In this document: one piece after another, positions 47,376 to 62,809 of the stretch
Layout: every line of letters begins with the position of its first letter
Position numbering within the stretch: position 1 is the first letter of the stretch
Assembly (NCBI RefSeq): GCF_009914755.1
Contig: NC_060929.1
Strand: one strand, 5' to 3'
Length of the DNA: 64,000 nt
Source: the human T2T-CHM13v2.0 reference genome, Homo sapiens
Translations under genes and position numbers: made by a program
The notes under the pieces: model-generated
What the model saw: the letters and a program-made list of their open reading frames with translations, nothing else
Databases searched by the model: none
What the model was told of the DNA's origin: nothing

Positions 47376-48593
47376 TTTGTGGTTTTATCTACCTTTGGTC
47401 TTTATGATGGTGATGTACAGATGGGTTTTTGGTGTGGATGTCCTTTCTGTTTGTTAGTTTTCCTTCTAACAGTCAGGACCCTCAGCTGCAGGTCTGTTGG
47501 AGTTTGCTGGAGGTCCACTCCAGACCCTGCTTGCCTGGATATCAGCAGCAGTGGCTGCAGAACAGCAGATATTGGTGAACCGCAAATGCTGCTGCCTGAT
47601 TGTTCCTCTGGAAGTTTTGCCTCAGAGGAGTACCTGGCCGTGTGAGGTGTCCCGCCTCTACTGGGGGGTGCCTCCCAGTTATACTAGTTGGGGGTCAGGG
47701 ACCCACTTGAGGTGGCAGTCTGCCTGTTCTCAGATCTCAAGCTGCATGCTGGGAGAACCACTACTCTCTTCAAAGCTGTCAGACAGGGACATTTAAATCT
47801 GCAGAGATTACTGCTGCCTTTTGTTTGTCTGTGCCCTGCCCCCAGAGGTGGAGCCTACAGAGGAAGGCAGGCCTCCTTGAGCTGTGGTGGGCTCCACCCA
47901 GTTCGAGCTTCCGGGCCGTTTTGTTTACCTACTCAAGCCTCAGCAATGGCGGGCACCCCTCCCCTAGCTTCACTGCCACCTTGTAGTTTGATCTCAGACT
48001 GCTGTGCTAGCAATGAGTGAGGCTCCGTGGGTGTAGGACCCTTTAAGACAGGTGCAGGATGTAATCTCCTGGTGTGCCATTTGGGAAGCCCGTTGGAAAA
48101 GCGCAGTATTAGGGTGGGAGTGACCTGATTTTCCAGGTGCTATCTGTCACCTCTTTCTTTTACTAGGAAAGGGAATTCCCTGACCTCTTGTGCTTCCCAG
48201 GTGAGGTGATGCCTCGCCCTGCTTCGGCTCATGCACGGTGCTCTGCACCCACTGTCCTGCACCCACTGTCCAGCACTCCCCAGTGAGATGAACCCGGTCC
48301 CTCAGTTGGAAATGCAGAAATCACCCATCTTCTGCGTCGCTCATGCTGGGAGCTGTAGACTGGAGCTGTTCCTATTCAGCCATCTTGGCTCAGTATCCAT
48401 TTCATACAGTTAAAATAGCTTCTAGCACTTATATTAGAATGCTCTTTTATTTCAGCAACTAACTCCTTATTCTAAAGCAAACAACCATAAATTTCCCCTC
48501 TACTGGGGATAATCTGATTCCTTCAACCACCTGTTCCCTACTCTTTTCGTCTTTACCACCACTTCTCCTTTACCCTATTATATCTACTTTTTT

Positions 48594-48890
<297 letters not shown>

Positions 48891-49504
48891 TATTCTATCT
48901 ACTTTTTTCAAGGCTCAACAGGTATAGTTAAAAAGCATTTGTTCATCTAATCTTACAGAGACTTCCAAAGTTCTGGTGATCAATAATATTTACTGAGATC
49001 CCACATTTTGCCCAATACTTCTCAGTGTTCTACAGAATAATCGTTGTGCTCAAGGTGTTTACAGACTGAAAAGAAAAATACGACATATGTTGAATCACAA
49101 AATGTCAGAGTTGAAAGGACCTGAGAAGCTATCTAATCAAACATATTACTCTATGGAGGTATCTTCTCTGCAATATACTGATGAATAGTGACTCCAACAT
49201 ACTTATAAGTGGTGAGTCAGCCCATGCTCTCGTGCTTCCTAGAACGGGGCAATCACTGCCATTGATAGATTCAGTTATTATATAGTTCTCCTGAATAATG
49301 GCATAAGAGCAGATTTTCTATACCTTTTCCAATTGGTCCTAATCATGCTAAATTAATTCTTCTCCCACACAGAGTCTTTTCAAATATTGGAAGTTTTATA
49401 ATTACATCAAGACTAGGTCCTATACTATTCCTTCTCATTCCATATAGTTTTCCTGAGTGGTCTTATCTGTCCTGTGCCTTTACAGCTTTCAATATAATGA
49501 CTTC

Positions 49505-52500
49505 CAACTGTAGCTCAGTAGGTGAGGGTTTGCCATTTAACAACACGCAAGCTGGATTCAATTCCCAGCTTAGGGAATGAGTCATTTCTGGTGTTATATC
49601 TGCGTTACTTTTTACCATTTGTTGATTCACTTCCCCTCCATGAATAGTCTTGAATTTTTCTTTCTCTGAGCACAGAAATATGGGCTGTTTGGCACAGCTA
49701 ACCTCAGGTAATAAGAGATTTAAAATGACTTTTTTTTTTAAAGAGCACTATGGTTAAAAGTCAGCTTAATTAAAAGTAGATAGTCAAGCTCTAACAGCCT
49801 GGGACTCCTTGGTTAAAACAGGAGACACCACAGACCCTGTTTTGGGAAAAACCACTGTTTTCCTCATGAAACCCCAGGAACTGAAAGTGGATAGGTCCCT
49901 CTCAAAATCTAAGGCTTTGTTCTGGTTCACACTGCATTATATAAAATGGGACCCTTAATCTTGGGGGATCTGTTTTGCCTTTCAGCTGTGCCTGCTTATT
50001 AGGCTGTAGAAACTGCATGCTTCCCTGGCCCTGTTCCTCCAAGGACTCTGCTCTGAAGCTAGTAATCCAATTAAGAAACTGGCAAATGAAAAACCTTACA
50101 AACTACTGGATCTTCTGTCTGTCTGCATATTTATATGTGTTTTATGTATAATGTTTATATATTAAAGAGCTCTGATTAATTGGCTTAAAAATAAGAGTTG
50201 CTAAGAGTTAACATTGTAACATGTAATTGAGACTACTGGAGAAACAGTTTTACATACAATGTTGCAAGGTATAGAAGGTAAGTAGAATGAGGTTTTGGTG
50301 GGAGATTATAAGAAGCCATGGGAATGTGGTTTTTGTGAAAGGGAATGTTATTTTGTCGAGTTCAGAGGGTTTTAAAGATTGTCTTAACCTAAAAGAGTAG
50401 TGAAATAAAACTGAAGGTTTAAGTAAGTTGGAAAGGGTTTGTGAAGGGTTAATCTTATAAAAAAGATTCTGTGCGTATAACAGAATTAACCAAGATTTAA
50501 AGAGGATTATTTAGTTTGTTTTTTCTACCCATAAGTTAAAACATTAAAATGAAAGCATACTGATTTGGGGCCAGAATCTGGGCTCATGTGTCCAAATAAC
50601 AAAGCTTTCTTAGAAAATTGATGTGTTTAACAAAAATTTTAAAGGGTTATAAAAGGTTTATAAGAATCTTACCTTATGGTCAAACTGATTAAGATTGAAT
50701 AGATTTATCTATAAGGTTTTATTAAAAATTGGGTTTAACATTAACAGTACACTAATGCAAAGGTGAAATTCCACTTATTAGGTATAAAAATCATATAGGA
50801 AGCATTGTCAAATATGAAATAGTGTTTGGCTTCCTTTGGGCTTTATTCATATAAATATGTTATTGATATGTGTTCCAAAATTATGGGAAATTCCTATAAT
50901 TCTGATATGACTTAGTAGATATTATTAATAATTATAATTTTAAGTAAAATTTTTGTATGCCACAGAAGTAACCAAAATTTCCTAGTTAATTGTGACTTTA
51001 ATAGAGGTTGCCCTAAAGCATTTTGACATCCATCAACAATTGCTGTCTTATTTTGATCCTTTTTAAAAGTTGGTTTATAATCAGCTATAGGACTCTTAAC
51101 AGGTGTTCTTGAAGTCAGACTTCTGATAACTTTGGAAAATGTGACATTAGAATAGAGGAAAAAACTTTCAGGACCCATGGATGGCTGAAAGGTTCATGAA
51201 TATCAAGCAGGACAGGAATTAACTGCATGGATTGAACTAATAGAAGACTGAAGTAATCTTTTTGACCTTGCTTAAAATGTTACTGATCCTTTGTTTTTCA
51301 GAGTCAAGAAAACTTTTCTTTTGAGCTATTCACAACTTTTAACAATTGAGTAAAGTATACTCCTGTGAACAAAATTGGAAACATACTTGTTTCTCTCTCC
51401 CTTATTTCTTCAGAATTTGGAGACTATTTGTGAGTATTCTTAACTAATGGCAATATAGTTATCTGCATAAGTGCAATAAGAATCTGTTTTCATTTGTTAA
51501 AGGACACAATTAGAGAAACTGATTATTTTACCAAGGTTTTAACTGGAATAGTATGCTTTTCTTTAAGGAATCAAACTTGACTTGTAGAGCCCATCAAACC
51601 CCCTTTGAAAAACTGTCCACATACCTTGTCTACACAGTCCCTGTATAGGGTTTCTGACCTGTGGTAAGTAAGTAAGGAATGTCACTTTCTGACAGGCCTA
51701 GGAGCCTCAGGTTATCTTGAAACCTTGAGAGGAGAGGAATTAACCCTGTTCATAGGTATTTGAGGGTAAAAACCCATGGCTGGGCTCGTCTTTAAAAATG
51801 TCTTATCTAAGATTCCTTATATGGAGCAGAGTTCCATGAAAGCCAATTTAAAAAGCCAGTGTGAAAAATAATTATTTTTGCTGCACTTTATACAAATAAT
51901 CACGCCAAGTATAATACAGCAAATCAGTCATACCATGATTTGTCTTTAGTAAAAATGGGAAACTAGAGAGAGAAAAATTATGTACTATGTACTATGTTAC
52001 ACCTGTTATTAAATTCTGGTCTCACTGGTTGTTTTTGAATTTTTTCCCTGCCATTTACACAGATCCTGCTTATTCCTATGAACCAACCAGTGATCTCTGG
52101 CTGCAACTCAGAAAAACAAGAGGGATGAGTAATGTAAAAACAAAAATCTGAATCAAAATTCTAATTCTGGGCACATGTTGGAATCAGCTAGCAATCCCAC
52201 ATCAGCTTGGTTCCAACAATTGCCTAACTCATGGGAAGCCTTCTTATTTAGTTTATTTGGGATAATTTTGCTATTTTGCTTTACTGTTGTTGAATATATT
52301 GCTGTTGTACTCTCTGTGTAGGAATGCAAGATAAGGTTACTCAATATTCTCTTGAATGGAACACTTATTAATCTTCCAGATATCACCTTTCATTGGAACT
52401 CAGACCTCAACATATTGACACTTTCTGACTGAGCTCCTCTCTACTCCAAATGCAAGACACCTTAATGGTTAGGCAGGAATATCATCGCCCCTATTCAGCC

Positions 52501-52583
52501 AGAAGAAGTGACAGAAGATGGATCTTCCTCCCTCTACAACTTTTAGGATTAAGGGTTCTCTTTTAAAAGGGAAGAGGAAAATA
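49505..52583 (+). mobile_element. MER41/MER4-group ERV1 internal region (non-coding, 5' part and 5' LTR missing)
   Basis: AT-rich MER4-group internal text without long ORFs; polypurine tract AAAAGGGAAGAGGAAA (52565-52580) next to the LTR. Confidence 0.8.
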
Positions 52584-53156
52584 TGTTAATGGTGTTTGAA
52601 CCAGAGTGAGTCCATCTTGAATAGCAGCTGAATAAAATAAGGCTGAGAACTACCAGCAGCATTCCCAGATAGTTAGGCATTCTACAACACAGGATGAGAC
52701 AGGAGGTTGGCACAAGATATAGGTCATAAAGACCTTGCTGATAAAACACGTTGCAGAAAAGAAGCTGGCTAAAACCCAGCAAAAGCAAGGTGGCGATGAC
52801 AGTGACCTCTGGTTGTCCTCACTGCTGCACTCCCACCAGCGCCATGACAGTTTGCAAATGCGATGACAAGGTCAGGAAGTTACCCTATATGGTCTAAAAG
52901 GGGGAGGAACCCTCATTTCTGGGAATTGCCCATGCTTTTCCAGAAAATTCATAAATAATCCATCCCTTATTTAGCATATAATCAAGAAATAACCATAAAA
53001 ATGGGCAACCAGCAGCCCCGAGGGAATAGCCATTCTTTATTCCTTTACTTTCTTAAAAAACTTGCTTTCACTTTACTGTATGGACTCGCCCCAAATTCTT
53101 TGCAAGATCCAAGAACACTCTCTTGGGGTTTGGATTGAGACCCCTTTCCAGTAACA
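52584..53156 (+). mobile_element. MER41 3' LTR
   Basis: TG...GTAACA termini; colinear with the LTR at 40022-40654; follows the PPT; GAS TTCTGGGAA at 52917-52925. Confidence 0.92.
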
Positions 53157-54565
53157 GTACCACCTGGATATTTTAGTTGTTGATTGAGTTTACATAAGAA
53201 GTAGGATTAATTCCCATGAAACTAAAATGTAGTAGAGACAATGTGGTAAAGTCATTTTCCCCCTCTGTGAGGAGCTGGGATTTGGGTTATTCTAATTATT
53301 TGTCTCATGCCAAGAAACTTGAAAGTACAGTGTAGAAAAAAAAGATGGCAAAAATGGAGAAATCACAGGGGTCAACCTGTTGGGTATTCCAGGATGCTAC
53401 ATCTTTCTACTTTCAAGGTAACTTATTTTAGCAACTAACTCGAACATAAAAACAAGAAACAACTCAGAATGCAAAAACCTCATCAATAGATTTTTATTGA
53501 GAAAATCCTGTCATCATGGGGCTAAATGCTGTATAAAATATGACATTTGTGTAGCACCACAAAATATTTTATGTGAACTATTATATTTGATTCTCATGAA
53601 ATTCCTATGAAGTAATTAAAGCAAATAGAAAGTCTAAATCACAAATCAATAAATAAAGTTCAAAGAATCTGTTAATTTATCCTAGACCCCAGAGTCAGTA
53701 TGCTGTGGTAGGACTTCTAACTAGATATTCTTTACTTTTCTCTGTAGAACACACTATATCCAAAGGCAAGCTTAAGGTGAAGCCTTAAGAAAAGGAGTTC
53801 ATATGTTATTTTGGCATTCAAGATTGAGACATAGGAAGCAGAGGAATAAGAAAAAAATTAAGCCCAAATGTTGGCAATGAGAAAATGTTAAGGCAGTTGT
53901 TTGATTCTCCCTTGGCTCCGAAACCTACCGCACTTAGTCTACAGCACCCTTATCAAACCTAGGATTATAATCTTGGCTTCTCTTTCACCTTATTACATCA
54001 CTCAACATATTCAACCATATTTGGGTGTGTCCATGTTCTTCTCCCCTGCCAGACCTTAGGATTATTATGGAAGGGATGACTAAGTGACTTGCCTAAGTTC
54101 ACATGGGTGTATATGGCAGTACAAGGATTTGAAGCTAAACTGGCAGAATAAAAAAAAAAAAGTATTTTAACCACTATGCAATGCTATCACTTATATGATA
54201 ATCAATAATTAGGCAAGTATGCATGCAATTTGTATACATACAAGACAGAGACAAAAAAGGTTGTTACGTTTTTCTTACCGACTCTTGTTCAAAAATGAAT
54301 AAATCCCTGCTGGCTTCTTTAATAAAGATTGAGTAAATATATTTAGTTATCTTAAATTATTAATCTATAAATCAGCTCATACTCAGATATATGAAATACA
54401 TTCTGCTTTTACCTCATTGTAAAGATTATGCCTACTGTTTGCCTTTAAAACTTAATTTAAAAAATGTAACTTTAAAAGATGCCTTCTATTATTGGCCTTC
54501 AGAAGTGATTAAGACCCAGCCAATGCAGAAAGAGAACAAAACAAACACATAAAAACAAAAAACAC

Positions 54566-55471
54566 GGAGGAGGAGCCAAGATGGCCGAATAGGAACAGCT
54601 CCGGTCTACAGCTCCCAGCGTGAGCGACGCAGAAGACGGGTGATTTCTGCATTTCCATCTGAGGTACCGGGTTCATCTCAATAGGGAGTGCCAGACAGTG
54701 GGCGCAGGTCAGTGTGTGTGCGCACCGTGCGCAAGCCGAAGCAGGGCGAGGCATTGCCTCACCTGGGAAGCGCAAGGGGTCAGGGAGTTCCCTTTCCGAG
54801 TCAAAGAAAGGGGTGACGGACGTACCTGGAAAATCGGGTCACTCCCACCCGAATATTGCGCTTTTCAGACCGGCTTAAGAAACGGCGCACCACGAGACTA
54901 TATCCCACACCTGGCTCAGAGGGTCCTACGCCCACGGAATCTCGCTGATTGCTAGCACAGCAGTCTGAGATCAAACTGCAAGGCGGCAACGAGGCTGGGG
55001 GAGGGGCGCCCGCCATTGCCCAGGCTTGCTTAGGTAAACAAAGCAGCCGGGAAGCTCGAACTGGGTGGAGCCCACCACAGCTCAAGGAGGCCTGCCTGCC
55101 TCTGTAGGCTCCACCTCTGGGGGCAGGGCACAGACAAACAAAAAGACAGCAGTAACCTCTGCAGACTTAAGTGTCCCTGTCTGACAGCTTTGAAGAGAGC
55201 AGTGGTTCTCCCAGCACGCAGCTGGAGATCTGAGAACGGGCAGACTGCCTCCTCAAGTGGGTCCCTGACCCCTGACCCCCGAGCAGCCTAACTGGGAGGC
55301 ACCCCCCAGCAGGGGCACACTGACACCTCACACGGCAGGGTATTCCAACAGACCTGCAGCTGAGGGTCCTGTCTGTTAGAAGGAAAACTAACAACCAGAA
55401 AGGACATCTACACCGAAAACCCATCTGTACATCACCATCATCAAAGACCAAAAGTAGATAAAACCACAAAG
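54566..55471 (+). promoter_or_regulatory. L1HS 5'UTR: CpG-rich internal sense promoter and antisense promoter
   Basis: ~906-nt 5'UTR with many CpGs retained; YY1 site AAGATGGCC intact at 54578-54586. Confidence 0.92.
54801..55016 (-). CDS. ORF0: L1 ORF0 (71 aa, antisense)
   Basis: ATG at 55016-55014 in GCAATGG context; MAGAPPPASLPPCSLISDCCASNQRDSVGVGPSEPG...HPFL is the known primate ORF0 (inside ORF-track 54801..55085). Confidence 0.88.
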   Translation of the reverse strand: MAGAPPPASLPPCSLISDCCASNQRDSVGVGPSEPGVGYSLVVRRFLSRSEKRNIRVGVTRFSRYVRHPFL

Positions 55472-56488
55472 ATGGGGAAAAAACAGAAGAGAAAAACTGG
55501 AAACTCTAAAACGCAGAGCGCCTCTCCTCCTCCAAAGGAACGCAGTTCCTCACTAGCAACAGAACAAAGCTGGATGGAGAATGATTTTGACGAGCTGAGA
55601 GAAGAAGGCTTCAGACGATCAAATTACTCTGAGCTACGGGAGGACATTCAAACCAAAGGCAAAGAAGTTGAAAACTTTGAAAAAAATTTAGAAGAATGTA
55701 TAACTAGAATAACCAATACAGAGAAGTGCTTAAAGGAGCTGATGGAGCTGAAAACCAAGGCTCGAGAACTACGTGAAGAATGCAGAAGCCTCAGGAGCCG
55801 ATGCGATCAACTGGAAGAAAGGGTATCAGTGATGGAAGATGAAATGAATGAAATGAAGCGAGAAGGGAAGTTTAGAGAAAAAAGAATAAAAAGAAATGAG
55901 CAAAGCCTCCAAGAAATATGGGACTATGTGAAAAGACCAAATCTACGTCTGATTGGTGTACCTGAAAGTGATGTGGAGAATGGAACCAAGTTGGAAAACA
56001 CTCTGCAGGATATTATCCAGGAGAACTTCCCCAATCTAGCAAGGCAGGCCAACGTTCAGATTCAGGAAATACAGAGAACGCCACAAAGATACTCCTCGAG
56101 AAGAGCAACTCCAAGACACATAATTGTCAGATTCACCAAAGTTGAAATGAAGGAAAAAATGTTAAGGGCAGCCAGAGAGAAAGGTCGGGTTACCCTCAAA
56201 GGAAAGCCCATCAGACTAACAGCGGATCTCTCGGCAGAAACCCTACAAGCCAGAAGAGAGTGGGGGCCAATATTCAACATTCTTAAAGAAAAGAATTTTC
56301 AACCCAGAATTTCATATCCAGCCAAACTAAGCTTCATAAGTGAAGGAGAAATAAAATACTTTATAGACAAGCAAATGCTGAGAGATTTTGTCACCACCAG
56401 GCCTGCCCTAAAAGAGCTCCTGAAGGAAGCACTAAACATGGAAAGGAACAACCGGTACCAGCCGCTGCAAAATCATGCCAAAATGTAA
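55472..56488 (+). CDS. ORF1: LINE-1 ORF1p, RNA-binding chaperone (338 aa)
   Basis: Full-length 338 aa; coiled coil with MEL stammer; REKG, ARR and YPAKLS motifs intact. Confidence 0.99.
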   Translation: MGKKQKRKTGNSKTQSASPPPKERSSSLATEQSWMENDFDELREEGFRRSNYSELREDIQTKGKEVENFEKNLEECITRITNTEKCLKELMELKTKARELREECRSLRSRCDQLEERVSVMEDEMNEMKREGKFREKRIKRNEQSLQEIWDYVKRPNLRLIGVPESDVENGTKLENTLQDIIQENFPNLARQANVQIQEIQRTPQRYSSRRATPRHIIVRFTKVEMKEKMLRAAREKGRVTLKGKPIRLTADLSAETLQARREWGPIFNILKEKNFQPRISYPAKLSFISEGEIKYFIDKQMLRDFVTTRPALKELLKEALNMERNNRYQPLQNHAKM

Positions 56489-56527
56489 AGACCATCGAGA
56501 CTAGGAAGAAACTGCATCAACTAATGA

Positions 56528-60379
<3,852 letters not shown>

Positions 60380-60608
60380 ACAATGAGATCACATGGACAC
60401 AGGAAGGGGAATATCACACTCTGGGGACTGTGGTGGGGTCGGGGGAGGGGGGAGGGATAGCATTGGGAGATATACCTAATGCTAGATGACACATTAGTGG
60501 GTGCAGCGCACCAGCATGGCACATGTATACATATGTAACTAACCTGCACAATGTGCACATGTACCCTAAAACTGAGAGTATAATAAAAAAAAAAAAAAGA
60601 AAAAAAAA

Positions 60609-60644
60609 TAAAGAAAATGTGGTATAAATACACAATCAAATACT
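60609..60644 (+). other. 3' transduced flank from the source L1 locus
   Basis: 36 nt, TAAAGAAAATGTGGTATAAATACACAATCAAATACT, between the L1 A-tail and a second A25 tract, inside the TSD. Confidence 0.85.
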
Positions 60645-60709
60645 AAAAAAAAAAAAAAAAAAAAAAAAACACCAGAACAGAATAAAGTAAATGAAAGCTA
60701 ACAAATTCA

Positions 60710-61150
60710 AGGTTTGTTTGTCTGGCTATCTATTTTAAACCTCAAGTGGAGACTTAACCAAATGTGGGTTTATTTTTCTCACATAAGAAGATGTTCAGAA
60801 GTAGGTAGTCCCAGGCCTTTACAGAGGTTTGGAATGTCACTAGGCACGTCTTATCTTCCCATGCTGTCATCCTCAGTGTGGGGCTTTCATCTTCATGCTC
60901 ACAAGATGGCTGTTGCACTCCTAGGCATCACATACACATTCCAGGCAGAAAACAAAAAAAGGGCAAAAGGCAAAGGGAAAGATGCCCAATGCATTTGTCC
61001 CTCTCAAAACACCCCCAGACCACCAGAAGATTTCTGTTTACGACAAATTAATCAGAACTTTGTACTCTTGACTCCTTTACTTACAAAGGAATTTAGAAAA
61101 TTTAGTTCAATATCTGGCTTTAGTGAACAAAATTAGAAGCTATCATAAGG
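60710..61150 (-). mobile_element. Old MLT1 (K/L-type) LTR
   Basis: TTTATTTTTCTCACATAAGAAG...CACAAGATGGCTGTTGCACTCCTAGGCATCACATACACATTCCAGGCAG. Confidence 0.7.
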
Positions 61151-61199
61151 ATCACAAAAATGGTTATAGAGGCAACCCTCATTATTTACCATGGAAAGA

Positions 61200-61880
61200 T
61201 ATTATTTACAGACAATCGGTTTGTGGAATAATCTAAAAGAACCTATGAAGAAATTACTAGAACTAAAAATACTAGATGTATAGACATAGATAAATATACA
61301 ATTGAATTCCTATATACCAGTGACAGAAAATAAATAAAAAGGATTGCTACAATAGTGACAAATATTATTTTATTTGATTTGATTTTTTTCATAGATAGCC
61401 TCTCTCTTGGTTGCCCAGGCTGGAGTGCAGTGGTGCAATCATTGCTCAATGAAGCCCTAAACTCGCGGGCTCAAAAGATCCTCCTGGCTCAGCCTCGCTG
61501 AGCAGGTGGGACTACAGGCATGCGCCATCACACCCAGCTAATTTTTTATTTTTATTTTGTAGAGATGAGGTTCTCAATATGTTGCCCAAGCTGGTCTCAA
61601 ATCCCTGACCTCAAATCCCTGACTCTCCTGCTTTGGCTTCCCAAAGTGCTTGGATTACAGACATGAGCCACCGCCCTGGGCCCCCAAAATTTATTATATA
61701 CCTAGGAATAAATACATCTAATAAAACATGCAAGAGCTTATTAAGAATAATGTTAAGCTTTAAAAAATGTAAACAAATACCTATGTAAAGGAAGAGCTAT
61801 ATCATATTCATGGATGTAAAGAGTCAGTATTATTGACATAGTAATTCCAACTTAATTTATAAATTCCATGCAACAAGATA
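61200..61880 (+). mobile_element. L1M ORF2 fragment interrupted by AluJ
   Basis: AATTACTAGAACTAA...ATACCTAGGAATAAAT...TATCATATTCATGGAT...AATTTATAAATTCCATGCAA. Confidence 0.6.
61368..61682 (-). mobile_element. AluJ
   Basis: GTGGTGCAATCATTGCTCAATGAAGCC...GGGCTCAAAAGATCCTCC; ATGTTGCCCAAGCTGGTCTC. Confidence 0.88.
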
Positions 61881-62585
61881 TTTTGTAGACCTATGTTTTA
61901 TAATGCTATTTTCTGCCAAAGCTGATCAAAAAATTGAATTTTATAATGTACCTTCTTTTAAAAATATTACTGTTTTTAATGTAGTCATTCTTTTCATCTA
62001 TGGTTTGTGATTTCTATATTGTTTAACATACCTTTCCCTATCCTGAGGTCATAAAAATAGTCTCTATGTCCTTTTCAGAAGGACTCCCCTTTTTTCCTTT
62101 CAGTATAAACCGTAACCTCATGAAACTTAGTGAACAGGTTTCAGGTTACAAGGTGGAATTCTACAGAGCACATTGATGGAATATGTCTGCTAAATCCTCT
62201 TCAAGACCTTACGAGTAGAAGAAAATACAAGCTGTTTCTAATCGGGTTCTCAGGAAGGCCATTTGCTTAGTTCAGGCAGCCAACATCAGCCTATGCTAGG
62301 ATAACGAGAGAGACTTGTGTTTTTGTCATTAGACAGGAAACTTGGGCTCAGGGAGACACACTGGCCGCTCCTCCACACCCCTCCAACTCTCCTTCAGAAC
62401 TCTATCTTTGCCATGAGTATTCCTGAATTGGGGCTACACTATGTCAGCTCCCATTTTTATTTTTAACAAATAATCTCTTTCTCCTTAGGCTCCACAGTGC
62501 TTTTTAAAAAGAAATTCTTTAATAGTTCTCTAAACATCAAGTTTTAGTCATCCTCTTCAGTAATTGTTTCTTTAATTGCTCCTTA

Positions 62586-62809
<224 letters not shown>

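Noticed and set aside
47946-48020. ORF0 of the L1PA4-like element
   Set aside because: Stops after 24 codons (MAGTPPLASLPPCSLISDCCASNE*).
49505-49577. Functional tRNA gene
   Set aside because: Acceptor and anticodon stems do not pair; kept only as a tRNA-like relic.
60714-61136. 140-aa ORF downstream of the L1HS
   Set aside because: Non-ATG start and lies within an MLT1 LTR.
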